From contig OZ059895.1 in NCBI GenBank assembly GCA_964057225.1, positions 12,648,001 through 12,712,000 on the forward strand: a stretch of 64,000 bases of DNA, given 5' to 3'. This document shows, piece by piece, positions 1 to 11,600 of this stretch (its first letter is position 1; each line of letters starts with the position of its first letter). A program made the position numbers and the translations under genes. This stretch comes from Auanema rhodensis. Taxonomy: Eukaryota; Animalia; Nematoda. The notes under the pieces were generated by a model, which was not told the origin of the DNA, made no database searches, and was given only the letters and a program-made list of their open reading frames with translations.

Positions 1-896
1 TTACTTCCTTTGAAGATGAAAGAGGAAATTTGAGGCCAATCACGTGAACGAGAAATTACGCGGAGAAGATCATGGTGAGGTGAAGTAGATAAACTATAAC
101 CATAAGTTAATCCAATAGATAGGGCTAAGGATTTTTCAGTCGAATTTTCAAACAAATTCCGCCCTGTGAATCGAAGTTTACTCAATTCAGCATAATGATC
201 ATGTTTTTCTGAATGAATACTATCTACTTTATGTGTGTCACCTTTATAATCTCTCCATGTTCCATTTTCATACCAAATTTCTGTCTCTTTGTGTTCACAA
301 TTGATCTCATGTCCTTCAGTGCTCAAATCGTAGCTATCGATAGGAGCAAAGAATAATTGTTTATCGTGTGTTAAAACAGGGGTCTCTGCATAACATTTAT
401 CATTGTAAGAATGATTACGATAAATGAAATGTGGTTCTATTTCCTGACAAGTTGTTATTTTTAAAACATTTCTTCCAACAAATCGGGCAACGATATCATC
501 CCGCTGAAGCATAGCTCGTACTCCTATTGTAGGATGTATACGTAATATAGCTTGCCAGCTTTTTACAGTTTCCATTTGAGATTTACAGATGGTATGAAAC
601 TGTTGATGAAATTCGTCAATTATGGAGAGACGCGCTTTCTCAAACCCATAATTCAACTTATTATCTATTATCGTTTTAGTTTTATGCTCTGATTTGTGGA
701 GAACATTGTCATATACTTCTGCTACATACAACTCTCGACCTCTCTCGTACGCATTAGGGGTAGGAGTTGTTAAACTACGAATTGTAGTTTTGGTGGAAGT
801 TATTGGGGTTACAGTAGTATGCTGTACCATATTTTTATCAGTTGTGATTTGAGTTTTAACCCAACTTATGAATTCTAAAACTTCTGTTTTATTGAA
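1..896 (-). CDS. Env continuation in the -1 frame, open to the window edge (missed by the ORF track)
   Basis: Manual translation: FNKTEVLEF...FHTICKSQMETVKSWQAILRIHPTIGVRAMLQRDDIVARF...YRNHSYNDKCYAETPV...LRFTGRNLFENSTE. It aligns with ICHVQNKQLLTWWAILQINPTIGMRTMLRRQDISARF...CFLETPV...KFNGSNIFNNLTE in ORF 45617-48511. Confidence 0.85.
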
Positions 897-3730
897 TTAG
901 GATTTTCCTGTGGGTATTCGATGGACTGTGGAGGAAATCCATAAAATGCTGTACTATTCTTTGTATAAAGGTTGTGATAGTCAGGCAGCTTGGATATAAT
1001 TGCTAAATCTTGCTCTTGGTTGTTTCTAACAGTAGCATCAGCTTTTTGTTGTCGACTGACTTGCATGTCACGAGATATTTGTTCTTTTCCCGATTGTTGT
1101 TGGATCATAAATAACATGCCTTGAGCAGTTGCAATAATTTCAGATTGATTCATATTTCCACTGCGTGGTAATATAGATGGATATAAGGCTCTTGCCAACT
1201 GTTCAATTGATGGAACTGTTTGTGTACCATCAAGAATTGTGGCTTGATATACTACTGCGTGAGCCATTCCTCGAAAGAAATCTTCTATGGTTGTTGTAGA
1301 TTTCATCAAAGATCTTTTTAACCGAGGAACTTCTATACGACGAGCTACTTGAGTGATAAGATCATCCAATTTCATGCTATTAATCACCTGTCTAGTAGCC
1401 AGTTTAATTTCCTCTATACCCATACATTGTAAAATCAAAAGATTGGGGTCTTTGAAATTATTAGACTTTGCCCAGTTAGTTATGTGATCTTTTGTCAATC
1501 CTAAACTAACAATTGTGTCAATGAACAGTGGATTATCTATCGCGAATTGGAGCAAACTCTCATAAGATGATGTAGCTGCATATCTCATATATTTTGCGTA
1601 AAACTTAGTGATAGATGCAGATCCAAAAATGAAAGTAGGTCTTAGAAATGGAAACGCATATGGTTGGGATTTCGCATTAACAAAAAGATAATCATCACTG
1701 AAAGAGCGATGTTTTTGAGGTAATGCATTACGTTTATTTCTGCGTCTATCAGCATTAAGCAAAGTATTGGAAAGATCAAGCAAATTATAAACACGGGGAT
1801 ATGCTGTGAATCGGATAATTGCCTCAGAAGATGATTCAAAAACAGCGAATTCGAAACAAGATTGAACGTGAGCGGATGTGGAATGATTTTGGAGAACAAA
1901 AGCGCTTTCAATAGAGTGAACTAGAAGAATATGATCACCCAACATGGCGGAGAAGGGGCCAAGTTTTTGATAGTGACAGACAACTGATAGGATAGGTGGT
2001 TGCCAGATAACTGCACCTTCACCAGTTGCACAAAACCCTTCATTTCCTTTACAATTATCAGTATTTATAAATAAGTCTGATACAATGTGATCTTCTTTCA
2101 ATCTAGTTATTATCCCTCGCTTCAATACAAATTGTTCAATTTCTACACATTCTTCAGTGGACCAAGAGCGAGTTGGATTATGCTCGTTTAATGGTGTTTC
2201 AAAAACTGAATGCTGTTGGGCATTCATGATTTTATCATTCCACATACGATTTCTATGTGCTCGAACACAATCTTTCTTATCTACTGTTTCAATATGAGAG
2301 AATGTGGTGTTACGATCTCTCAAAAACATGAAATCTCTCACACAGCTTTTATACTTTTTCACATAGCATTTCCATGCTTCCCATGACTCTATCTCAGCCT
2401 TTGGTAGATATATTTCTACCTCAACACTGTGAGCCTTTTCAATTTCTGCCTTATGGCAGCCTGTGACCACAGGAGGTGTTACTAATATACCCCCTTCAGA
2501 TTGAGCGCAAATCTGATATTTTGCCGACCCAAAGGGAAGGCATGAGAGTGCCAATAAAGTCAGGCACAACGTGACCGGTGGCATGAATGGGGTCGCTACG
2601 CTGTATACCCTTGAGTTACCATTCCCATTGGCTGATGGTCTTTGTCTTCTTGGGGAACTAGGCCTAGGGTTCCAAGACGAGCTATTGGCATTTCTGCCAT
2701 TCGCAAATGGGCGGTTTCCCGGGTTAGGACGCCTATTCATATTCCCGTTCTGCGAGTTATTATTATTATAACGTACGGCAGAAGGTCGCTCTCTCTCTCG
2801 CTCATAATCATTAGAGCCATTATTGTGCTGACTCCAGTTATTATTTTTTTTATAATTTTTATAATTTTTATAATTTTTATTATTATTATTATTCCTACTT
2901 CTTTCTCTTTCTTCACTAAAGCTTAATTTATGCTGTAAAGCATTTATGAGCTCCTTCAAGGTGCTGGTGTCTTCATTTCTTTTCATGAAGCTATTTCGAA
3001 CGCCTTCTTCAAACCTAGCTAATTTCTTAGCTTGTTCATAAGTGGCGGGGTTTTTAGTTAAAACCGCAATACCCAGTTCCTCTTTTAAACCATTTAAAAA
3101 TGCCGTTTTCAACATTGGTTCCCGCTCGGGATCCATTGGTGACATTATGGTGCTTGCCATTCTCTCTAATTCCATACTAAAATCAAGAACAGATTTATCT
3201 CCTTGTTGTACTCGATGAATAAGCGCTATGGTGAAATTTTTATCTGTTTTAGGCGCTAAAAGCTCAGTGAGCTGATCCATCAAAACAATCCATGGGCCAT
3301 TAGTTCTTATGCCACTAGGAATACTATTATACAAGGAGAGAGCTGTTTCATTTGATTCCAAAAGAAGAGGCAAAATTAATAGTCTCTCAGGTAAGCTTAG
3401 ATTCATAACATTAAAAAATCTATTTAAAGATTCAACAAAAGAACGAAAGCTACGAGAGCCGTCATACCTGGGACAGAGATGGCAATTCAAAATAGTTGCC
3501 ATATTTCTAGAGGGTGGAGCAACATTAGAATTAGGAGATGGAGAGGTAGGAGTCATTTTTCTTTCAAAAGCTTTAGTTATAGCAGCGGCCCACCGACTTG
3601 GTGATCTATTTCGTACTGTAGTAGGTGCCCGAGGTGTTTCCTCAGTGATGGCCTTTCTGCTTTTATTTCTCGTTCTAATTGTTAGAGAAGAAGAGTGAGA
3701 AGAAGAAGAGGAATCACCTTCTTCTCTCAA
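875..3730 (-). CDS. Gag-Env polyprotein, N-terminal part (capsid-like Gag, Asn/Arg-rich linker, internal signal peptide, Cys-rich glycoprotein ectodomain)
   Basis: PRYDG...PERL...QQGDKSV...FLNGLK capsid-type motifs; MPPVTLCLTLLALSCLPFGSA at 2522-2584; Cys/Trp-rich segment; furin-type RRRNKR (1730-1747) and RLKR (1313-1324). The track start is TTG, so the true initiation codon is uncertain. Confidence 0.85.
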   Translation of the reverse strand: MREEGDSSSSSHSSSLTIRTRNKSRKAITEETPRAPTTVRNRSPSRWAAAITKAFERKMTPTSPSPNSNVAPPSRNMATILNCHLCPRYDGSRSFRSFVESLNRFFNVMNLSLPERLLILPLLLESNETALSLYNSIPSGIRTNGPWIVLMDQLTELLAPKTDKNFTIALIHRVQQGDKSVLDFSMELERMASTIMSPMDPEREPMLKTAFLNGLKEELGIAVLTKNPATYEQAKKLARFEEGVRNSFMKRNEDTSTLKELINALQHKLSFSEERERSRNNNNNKNYKNYKNYKKNNNWSQHNNGSNDYERERERPSAVRYNNNNSQNGNMNRRPNPGNRPFANGRNANSSSWNPRPSSPRRQRPSANGNGNSRVYSVATPFMPPVTLCLTLLALSCLPFGSAKYQICAQSEGGILVTPPVVTGCHKAEIEKAHSVEVEIYLPKAEIESWEAWKCYVKKYKSCVRDFMFLRDRNTTFSHIETVDKKDCVRAHRNRMWNDKIMNAQQHSVFETPLNEHNPTRSWSTEECVEIEQFVLKRGIITRLKEDHIVSDLFINTDNCKGNEGFCATGEGAVIWQPPILSVVCHYQKLGPFSAMLGDHILLVHSIESAFVLQNHSTSAHVQSCFEFAVFESSSEAIIRFTAYPRVYNLLDLSNTLLNADRRRNKRNALPQKHRSFSDDYLFVNAKSQPYAFPFLRPTFIFGSASITKFYAKYMRYAATSSYESLLQFAIDNPLFIDTIVSLGLTKDHITNWAKSNNFKDPNLLILQCMGIEEIKLATRQVINSMKLDDLITQVARRIEVPRLKRSLMKSTTTIEDFFRGMAHAVVYQATILDGTQTVPSIEQLARALYPSILPRSGNMNQSEIIATAQGMLFMIQQQSGKEQISRDMQVSRQQKADATVRNNQEQDLAIISKLPDYHNLYTKNSTAFYGFPPQSIEYPQENPNSIKQKF

Positions 3731-4870
3731 AAATTCAAAAGGAGAGAGGTAGGTGGATGGAGTATTTAAGTTTTTAGAATTAAATTCAAAAACTGGGCGT
3801 ACCTCTGGTGATCCTTGTTCCTGATCTTTGTTTTCCTCGCTGATGTCCGAGTCCGACAGGTTGGCTGGTGAATACAGTTAGATGAATATAAGAGCGCGTA
3901 CTGGAAGCAACTAGACTCCAGTAAAAACGTTTGTGACAATGGCGTCTGATGAAGGAGGATCGTTGAAGCTTCAAGCTCCGCCTCCAGCCATGTGTCACGA
4001 CACCAGATGTTAGCGCTTATGGTAAACAACCATTGACCGTCTGTCGTGATATTTGAATATTATAATCACTTATGTCAGCTTAGAGACAAATAAGGAATCA
4101 CAGATGGTGCCTTAAGCCTGTTTGAAAACTTTTGAATTTTAACAGCTGTTATTGACTACACATATCGAACAGCTGGTACGCGTGGGCCAACTATTTGAAT
4201 GTGAGTAAGCTTAAAGTAAACAAAAATGTCTCATCTCGTATATTAAGTTCAATTTTATAAAGTTTATTAAGATTTGTAGAAAGAATTTCAAAATAAATCT
4301 TAATTAAGATAATTTTTAATTTAATTTCAAAAGATTTAGAAGGTAATTTAAGATTGATATAGGAATTTAAATTCAGTAATCTGTCAATAATATAGGAAAA
4401 CGGAAACGTTGGCAGACGTAGAGTGGACTTGGGTGGGTAGGAATTTAAATATTCTTATTATCTCTGAACTAATAAGAAAAGAGTTAACAGGAGTAGAACC
4501 CTGATGAACCCTTGGATGTGAATCAAAATCAAAAAATCGTAAATAAAATTATCCCAACAGCCTCCAGCTTCCAAACAACTCAGCTAAAAAGTGAGCTCTG
4601 TTGCCACACTGGACATTCACATCATAAAGTAATGAATCAAAATAGCACGCGCGTGCATAACAAAAAGGTAACGCTCGTCAAAACTATTGTCTGATAGTTT
4701 CCCCAAACGTCTCAGACACCTCCCAGTTTTCGTTGAGCGGAGGAGAAGTGGTAGCCAAAATAATTTTTGGGGAAATCATGGTGCACGGCTCGGTTACTCC
4801 TCACTGTTGGGTAATTAAGTCCAAAAGTCTCGTAAACTTGATGTCAATAAATTAACAGTAAAGTAAGCAA

Positions 4871-4883
4871 GGTGGAACCTCCA
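4871..4883 (-). promoter_or_regulatory. Primer binding site, tRNA-Gln (TGGAGGTTCCACC)
   Basis: Reverse complement GGTGGAACCT-CCA matches the conserved 3' end of metazoan tRNA-Gln; lies directly after the LTR. Confidence 0.8.
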
Positions 4884-5264
4884 CGTTACATATTGTTTCT
4901 TCCCGTCTTTTCATGGTCGGAAGATATATGTACTTCTACCTTGTTCCTTAGGTAGGCAGACCCGAACGTCCCGATTTCCTTATTAAGACAAATACTTAAA
5001 GAGAAAAGGATTCATTATCAGATAACAAGGAAATACAATATATGAATTACATTAAGAAAGAATATAAAGAGATATAATAAAGTATTAAATAGAGTATATA
5101 TATAGATGATATAGAGATGAGACTCACATGACTATAAGACAACCTATCTGGGTTAGGCCAGAAGCAAGAGTGCCATGTGTGTCCCATGTTGTAGGCGGGG
5201 CTTGTTCAGGCTCCCGCTATTTGAATAGCGCGCACATGTTTACCATGTGCTTGCAGATGTGACA
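4884..5264 (-). repeat. 5' LTR of family A element (~381 bp, TGTCACAT...ATGTAACG)
   Basis: Outer end is the junction with the tRNA array at 5264/5265. Inner end abuts the PBS. Termini form a 6/8 inverted repeat; TATATATA near 5096-5104. The second LTR is outside the window, so the inner boundary is inferred by analogy with family B. Confidence 0.75.
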
Positions 5265-5273
5265 AAACCCTGT

Positions 5274-5355
5274 GATCAGGTGGCCGAGTGGTTAAGGCGA
5301 TGGACTGCTAATCTATTGGGGTTTCCCCGCGTGAGTTCGAATCTCATCCTGATCG
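5274..5355 (+). tRNA. tRNA-Ser(GCT), first copy of the array (G-T variant in anticodon stem)
   Basis: Acceptor GATCAGG/CCTGATC, A box TGGCCGAGTGG, anticodon loop CT-GCT-AA, long variable arm GGGG-TTT-CCCC, T loop TTCGAAT, discriminator G. Confidence 0.95.
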
Positions 5356-5359
5356 TTAG

Positions 5360-5370
5360 TTTTGTTTTTT
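5360..5370 (+). terminator. Pol III oligo-T terminator (repeated after each tRNA)
   Basis: TTTTGTTTTTT starting 5 nt after the discriminator base. Confidence 0.85.
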
Positions 5371-5521
5371 ATCACATCGGATGCTCCATTCAAACTATCA
5401 TTTTCTAAATAAAGCCAAGCCACCTGATTTAATAGAAAGACTTTATTATTCATTTGTTGACGTTATTTATTCTCACAATAATTTCTTTGTTTAAGTAAGA
5501 GTATTCTTGGAAAAACCCTGT

Positions 5522-5603
5522 GATCAGGTGGCCGAGTGGTTAAGGCGATGGACTGCTAATCCATTGGGGTTTCCCCGCGTGAGTTCGAATCTCATCCTGA
5601 TCG
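5522..5603 (+). tRNA. tRNA-Ser(GCT), consensus copy representative of the array
   Basis: Complete type II cloverleaf; anticodon stem ATGGA/TCCAT. Confidence 0.97.
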
Positions 5604-8600
5604 TTAGTTTAGTTTTTTATCACATCGGATGCTCCATTCAAACTATCATTTTCTAAATAAAGCCAAGCCACCTGATTTAATAGAAAGATTTTATTATTCA
5701 TTTGTTGACGTTATTTATTCTCACAATAATTTCTTTGTTTAAGTAAGAGTATTCTTGGAAAAACCCTGTGATCAGGTGGCCGAGTGGTTGAGGCGATGGA
5801 CTGCTAATCCATTGGGGTTTCCCCGCGTGAGTTCGAATCTCATCCTGATCGTTAATTTTGTTTTTTATCACAACGGAGGCTCCATTCAAACTATCCTTTT
5901 CTAAATAAAGCCAAGCCACCTGATTTAATAGAAAGATTTTATTATTCATTTGTTGACGTTATTTATTCTCACAATAATTTCTTTGTTTAAGTAAGAGTAT
6001 TCTTGGAAAAACCCTGTGATCAGGTGGCCGAGTGGTTAAGGCGATAGACTGCTAATCCATTGGGGTTTCCCCGCGTGAGTTCGAATCTCATCCTGATCGT
6101 TAGTTTTGTTTTTTATGACAACGGATGCTCCATTCAAACTATCATTTTCTAAATAAAGCCAAGCCACCTGATTTAATAGGAAGACTATATTATTCATTTG
6201 TTGATGTTATTTATTCTCACAATAGTTTCTTTGTTTATGTAAGAGTATTCTTGGAAAAACCCTGTGATCAGGTGGCCGAGTGGTTGAGGCGATGGACTGC
6301 TAATCCATTGGGGTTTCCCCGCGTGAGTTCGAATCTCATCCTGATCGTTAGTTTTGTTTTTTATCACATCGGATGCTCCATTCAAACTATCATTTTCTAA
6401 ATAAAGCCAAGCCACCTGATTTAATAGAAAGACTTTATTATTCATTTGTTGACGTTATTTATTCTCACAATAATTTCTTTGTTTAAGTAAGAGTATTCTT
6501 GGAAAAACCCTGTGATCAGGTGGCCGAGTGGTTAAGGCGATGGACTGCTAATCCATTGGGGTTTCCCCGCGTGAGTTCTAATCTCATCCTGATCGTTAGT
6601 TTTGTTTTTTATGACAACGGATGCTCCATTCAAACTATCATTTTCTAAATAAAGCCAAGCCACCTGATTTAATAGGAAGACTTTATTATTCATTTGTTGA
6701 CGTTATTTATTCTCACAATAATTTCTTTGTTTAAGTAAGAGTATTCTTGGAAAAACCCTGTGATCAGGTGGCCGAGTGGTTAAGGCGATGGACTGCTAAT
6801 CCATTGGGGTTTCCCCGCGTGAGTTCGAATCTCATCCTGATCGTTAGTTTTGTTTTTTATCACAACGGACGCTCCATTCAAACTATCATTTTCTAAATAA
6901 AGCCAAGCCACCTGATTCAATAGAAAGACTTTATTATTCATTTGTTGACGTTATTTATTCTCACAATAATTTCTTTGTTTAAGTAAGAGTATTCTTGGAA
7001 AAACCCTGTGATCAGGTGGCCGAGTGGTTAAGGCGATGGACTGCTAATCCATTGGGGTTTCCCCGCGTGAGTTCGAATCTCATCCTGATCGTTAGTCTTG
7101 TTTTTTATGACAACGGATGCTCCATTCAGACTATCATTTTCTAAATAAAGCCAAGCCACCTGATTTAATAGGAAGACTTTTTTATTTGTTTGTTGACGAT
7201 ATTTGTTGTCACAATAATTTCTTTGTTTAAGTAAGAGTATTCTTGGAAAAACCCTTTGATCAGGTGGCCGAGTGGTTAAGGCGATGGACTGCTAATCCAT
7301 TGGGGTTTCCCCGCGTGAGTTCGAATCTCATCCTGATCGTTAGTTTTGTTTTTTATGACAACGGATGCTCCATTCAAACTATCATTTTCTAAATAAAGCC
7401 AAGCCACCTGATTTAATAGGAAGAATTTATTATTTATTTGTTGAAATTGTTTATTCTCACAATAATTTCTTTGTTTAAGTAAGAGTATTCTTGGAAAAAC
7501 CCTGTGATCAGGTGGCCGAGTGGTTAAGGCGATGGACTGCTAATCCATTGGGGTTTCCCCGCGTGAGTTCTAATCTCATCCTGATCGTTAGTTTTTTTTT
7601 ATGACAACGGATGCTCTATTCAAACTATCATTTTCTAAATAAAGCCAAGCCACCTGATTTAACAGGAAGACTTTCTTATTTGTTTGTTGACGATATTTGT
7701 TGTCACAATAATTTCTTTGTTTAAGTAAGAGTATTCTTGGAAAAACCCTGTGATCAGGTGGCCGAGTGGTTAAGGCGATGGACTGCTAATCCATTGGGGT
7801 TTCCCCGCGTGAGTTCGAATCTCATCCTGATCGTTAGTTTTGTTTTTTATGACAACGGATGCTCCATTCAAACTATCATTTTCTAAATAAAGCCAAGCCA
7901 CCTGATTTAACAGGAAGACTTTCTTATTTGTTTGTTGACGATATTTGTTGTCACAATAATTTCTTTGTTTAAGTAAGAGTATTCTTGGAAAAACCCTGTG
8001 ATCAGGTGGCCGAGTGGTTAAGGCGATAGACTGCTAATCCATTGGGGTTTCCCCGCGTGAGTTCGAATCTCATCCTGATCGTTAGTTTTGTTTTTTATGA
8101 CAACGGATGCTCCATTCAAACTATCATTTTCTAAATAAAGCCAAGCCACCTGATTTAATAGGAAGACTATATTATTCATTTGTTGACGTTATTTATTCTC
8201 ACAATAATTTCTTTGTTTATGTAAGAGTATTCTTGGAAAAACCCTGTGATCAGGTGGCCAAGTGGTTAAGGCGATGGACTGCTAATCCATTGGGGTTTCC
8301 CCGCGTGAGTTCGAATCTCATCCTGATCGTTAGTTTTGTTTTTTATGACAACGGATGCTCCATTCAAACTATCATTTTCTAAATAAAGCCAAGCCACCTG
8401 ATTTAATAGGAAGACTATATTATTCATTTGTTGATGTTATTTATTCTCACAATAGTTTCTTTGTTTATGTAAGAGTATTCTTGGAAAAACCCTGTGATCA
8501 GGTGGCCGAGTGGTTAAGGCGATGGACTGCTAATCCATTGGGGTTTCCCCGCCTGAGTTCGAATCTCATCCTGATCGTTAGTCTTGTTTTTTATGACAAC

Positions 8601-11600
8601 GGATGCTCCATTCAGACTATCATTTTCTAAATAAAGCCAAGCCACCTGATTTAATAGGAAGACTTTTTTATTTGTTTGTTGACGATATTTGTTGTCACAA
8701 TAATTTCTTTGTTTAAGTAAGAGTATTCTTGGAAAAACCCTTTGATCAGGTGGCCGAGTGGTTAAGGCGATGGACTGCTAATCCATTGGGGTTTCCCCGC
8801 GTGAGTTCGAATCTCATCCTGATCGTTAGTTTTGTTTTTTATGACAACGGATGCTCCATTCAAACTATCATTTTCTAAATAAAGCCAAGCCACCTGATTT
8901 AATAGGAAGAATTTATTATTTATTTGTTGAAATTGTTTATTCTCACAATAATTTCTTTGTTTAAGTAAGAGTATTCTTGGAAAAACCCTGTGATCAGGTG
9001 GCCGAGTGGTTAAGGCGATGGACTGCTAATCCATTGGGGTTTCCCCGCGTGAGTTCGAATCTCATCCTGATCGTTAGTTTTGTTTTTTATGACAACGGAT
9101 GCTCCATTCAAACTATCATTTTCTGAATAAAGCCAAGCCACCTGATTTAATAGGAAGACTTTATTATTCATTTGTTGACGTTATTTATTCTCACAATAAT
9201 TTCTTTGTTTAAGTAAGAGTATTCTTGGAAAAACCCTGTGATCAGGTGGCCGAGTGGTTAAGGCGATGGACTGCTAATCCATTGGGGTTTCCCCGCGTGA
9301 GTTCGAATCTCATCCTGATCGTTAATTTTGTTTTTTATCACAACGGACGCTCCATTCAAACTATCATTTTCTAAATAAAGCCAAGCCACCTGATTTAATA
9401 GGAAGACTATATTATTCATTTGTTGACGTTATTTATTCTCACAATAATTTCTTTGTTTATGTAAGAGTATTCTTGGAAAAACCCTGTGATCAGGTGGCCG
9501 AGTGGTTAAGGCGATAGACTGCTAATCCATTGGGGTTTCCCCGCGTGAGTTCGAATCTCATCCTGATCGTTAGTTTTGTTTTTTATGACAACGGATGCTC
9601 CATTCAAACTATCATTTTCTAAATAAAGCCAAGCCACCTGATTTAACAGGAAGACTTTCTTATTTGTTTGTTGACGATATTTGTTGTCACAATAATTTCT
9701 TTGTTTAAGTAAGAGTATTCTTGGAAAAACCCTGTGATCAGGTGGCCGAGTGGTTAAGGCGATGGACTGCTAATCCATTGGGGTTTCCCCGCGTGAGTTC
9801 GAATCTCATCCTGATCGTTAATTTTGTTTTTTATCACAACGGACGCTCCATTCAAACTATCATTTTCTAAATAAAGCCAAGCCACCTGATTTAATAGGAA
9901 GACTATATTATTCATTTGTTGACGTTATTTATTCTCACAATAATTTCTTTGTTTAAGTAAGAGTATTCTTGGAAAAACCCTGTGATCAGGTGGCCGAGTG
10001 GTTAAGGCGATGGACTGCTAATCCATTGGGGTTTCCCCGCGTGAGTTCGAATCTCATCCTGATCGTTAGTTTTGTTTTTTATGACAACGGATGCTCCATT
10101 CAAACTATCATTTTCTAAATAAAGCCAAGCCACCTGATTTAACAGGAAGACTTTCTTATTTGTTTGTTGACGATATTTGTTGTCACAATAATTTCTTTGT
10201 TTAAGTAAGAGTATTCTTGGAAAAACCCTGTGATCAGGTGGCCGAGTGGTTAAGGCGATAGACTGCTAATCCATTGGGGTTTCCCCGCGTGAGTTCGAAT
10301 CTCATCCTGATCGTTAGTTTTGTTTTTTATGACAACGGATGCTCCATTCAAACTATCATTTTCTAAATAAAGCCAAGCCACCTGATTTAATAGGAAGACT
10401 ATATTATTCATTTGTTGACGTTATTTATTCTCACAATAATTTCTTTGTTTATGTAAGAGTATTCTTGGAAAAACCCTGTGATCAGGTGGCCAAGTGGTTA
10501 AGGCGATGGACTGCTAATCCATTGGGGTTTCCCCGCGTGAGTTCGAATCTCATCCTGATCGTTAGTTTTGTTTTTTATGACAACGGATGCTCCATTCAAA
10601 CTATCATTTTCTAAATAAAGCCAAGCCACCTGATTTAATAGGAAGACTATATTATTCATTTGTTGATGTTATTTATTCTCACAATAGTTTCTTTGTTTAT
10701 GTAAGAGTATTCTTGGAAAAACCCTGTGATCAGGTGGCCGAGTGGTTAAGGCGATGGACTGCTAATCCATTGGGGTTTCCCCGCGTGAGTTCGAATCTCA
10801 TCCTGATCGTTAGTCTTGTTTTTTATGACAACGGATGCTCCATTCAGACTATCATTTTCTAAATAAAGCCAAGCCACCTGATTTAATAGGAAGACTTTTT
10901 TATTTGTTTGTTGACGATATTTGTTGTCACAATAATTTCTTTGTTTAAGTAAGAGTATTCTTGGAAAAACCCTTTGATCAGGTGGCCGAGTGGTTAAGGC
11001 GATGGACTGCTAATCCATTGGGGTTTCCCCGCGTGAGTTCGAATCTCATCCTGATCGTTAGTTTTGTTTTTTATGACAACGGATGCTCCATTCAAACTAT
11101 CATTTTCTAAATAAAGCCAAGCCACCTGATTTAATAGGAAGAATTTATTATTTATTTGTTGAAATTGTTTATTCTCACAATAATTTCTTTGTTTAAGTAA
11201 GAGTATTCTTGGAAAAACCCTGTGATCAGGTGGCCGAGTGGTTAAGGCGATGGACTGCTAATCCATTGGGGTTTCCCCGCGTGAGTTCGAATCTCATCCT
11301 GATCGTTAGTTTTGTTTTTTATGACAACGGATGCTCCATTCAAACTATCATTTTCTGAATAAAGCCAAGCCACCTGATTTAATAGGAAGACTTTATTATT
11401 CATTTGTTGACGTTATTTATTCTCACAATAATTTCTTTGTTTAAGTAAGAGTATTCTTGGAAAAACCCTGTGATCAGGTGGCCGAGTGGTTAAGGCGATG
11501 GACTGCTAATCCATTGGGGTTTCCCCGCGTGAGTTCGAATCTCATCCTGATCGTTAATTTTGTTTTTTATCACAACGGACGCTCCATTCAAACTATCATT

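Larger units (their letters stand above)
1..5264 (-). mobile_element. Ty3/Gypsy (Metaviridae) LTR element family A, gag-env(-pro-pol) type; 5' part only, runs off the left edge
   Basis: LTR-like block starting TGTCACAT at 5264, tRNA-Gln PBS, ~1.1 kb leader, then Gag fused to an Env-like protein. Gag and Env are both recognisably homologous to the complete element at 42797-53154, which carries Gypsy-order PR-RT-RH-IN. Confidence 0.9.

Noticed and set aside
2845-2892. 9-bp and 3-bp repeats (KNY x3, poly-Asn)
   Set aside because: Ordinary slippage in a low-complexity Gag linker.
4501-4530. CTGATGA as a possible hammerhead ribozyme core (also near 3946)
   Set aside because: No stem II followed by GAAA and no flanking helices.
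4807-4818. 12-nt match to the SL1 core (TTAATTACCCAA) on the sense strand of the family A leader
   Set aside because: Only 12 of 22 nt, AT-rich, and flanks do not match; plausible by chance.
5274-5355. Arrayed tRNA-Ser as the primer for the resident retroelements
   Set aside because: The PBS sequences match tRNA-Gln (families A and B) and tRNA-Gly (BEL), not the Ser 3' end.
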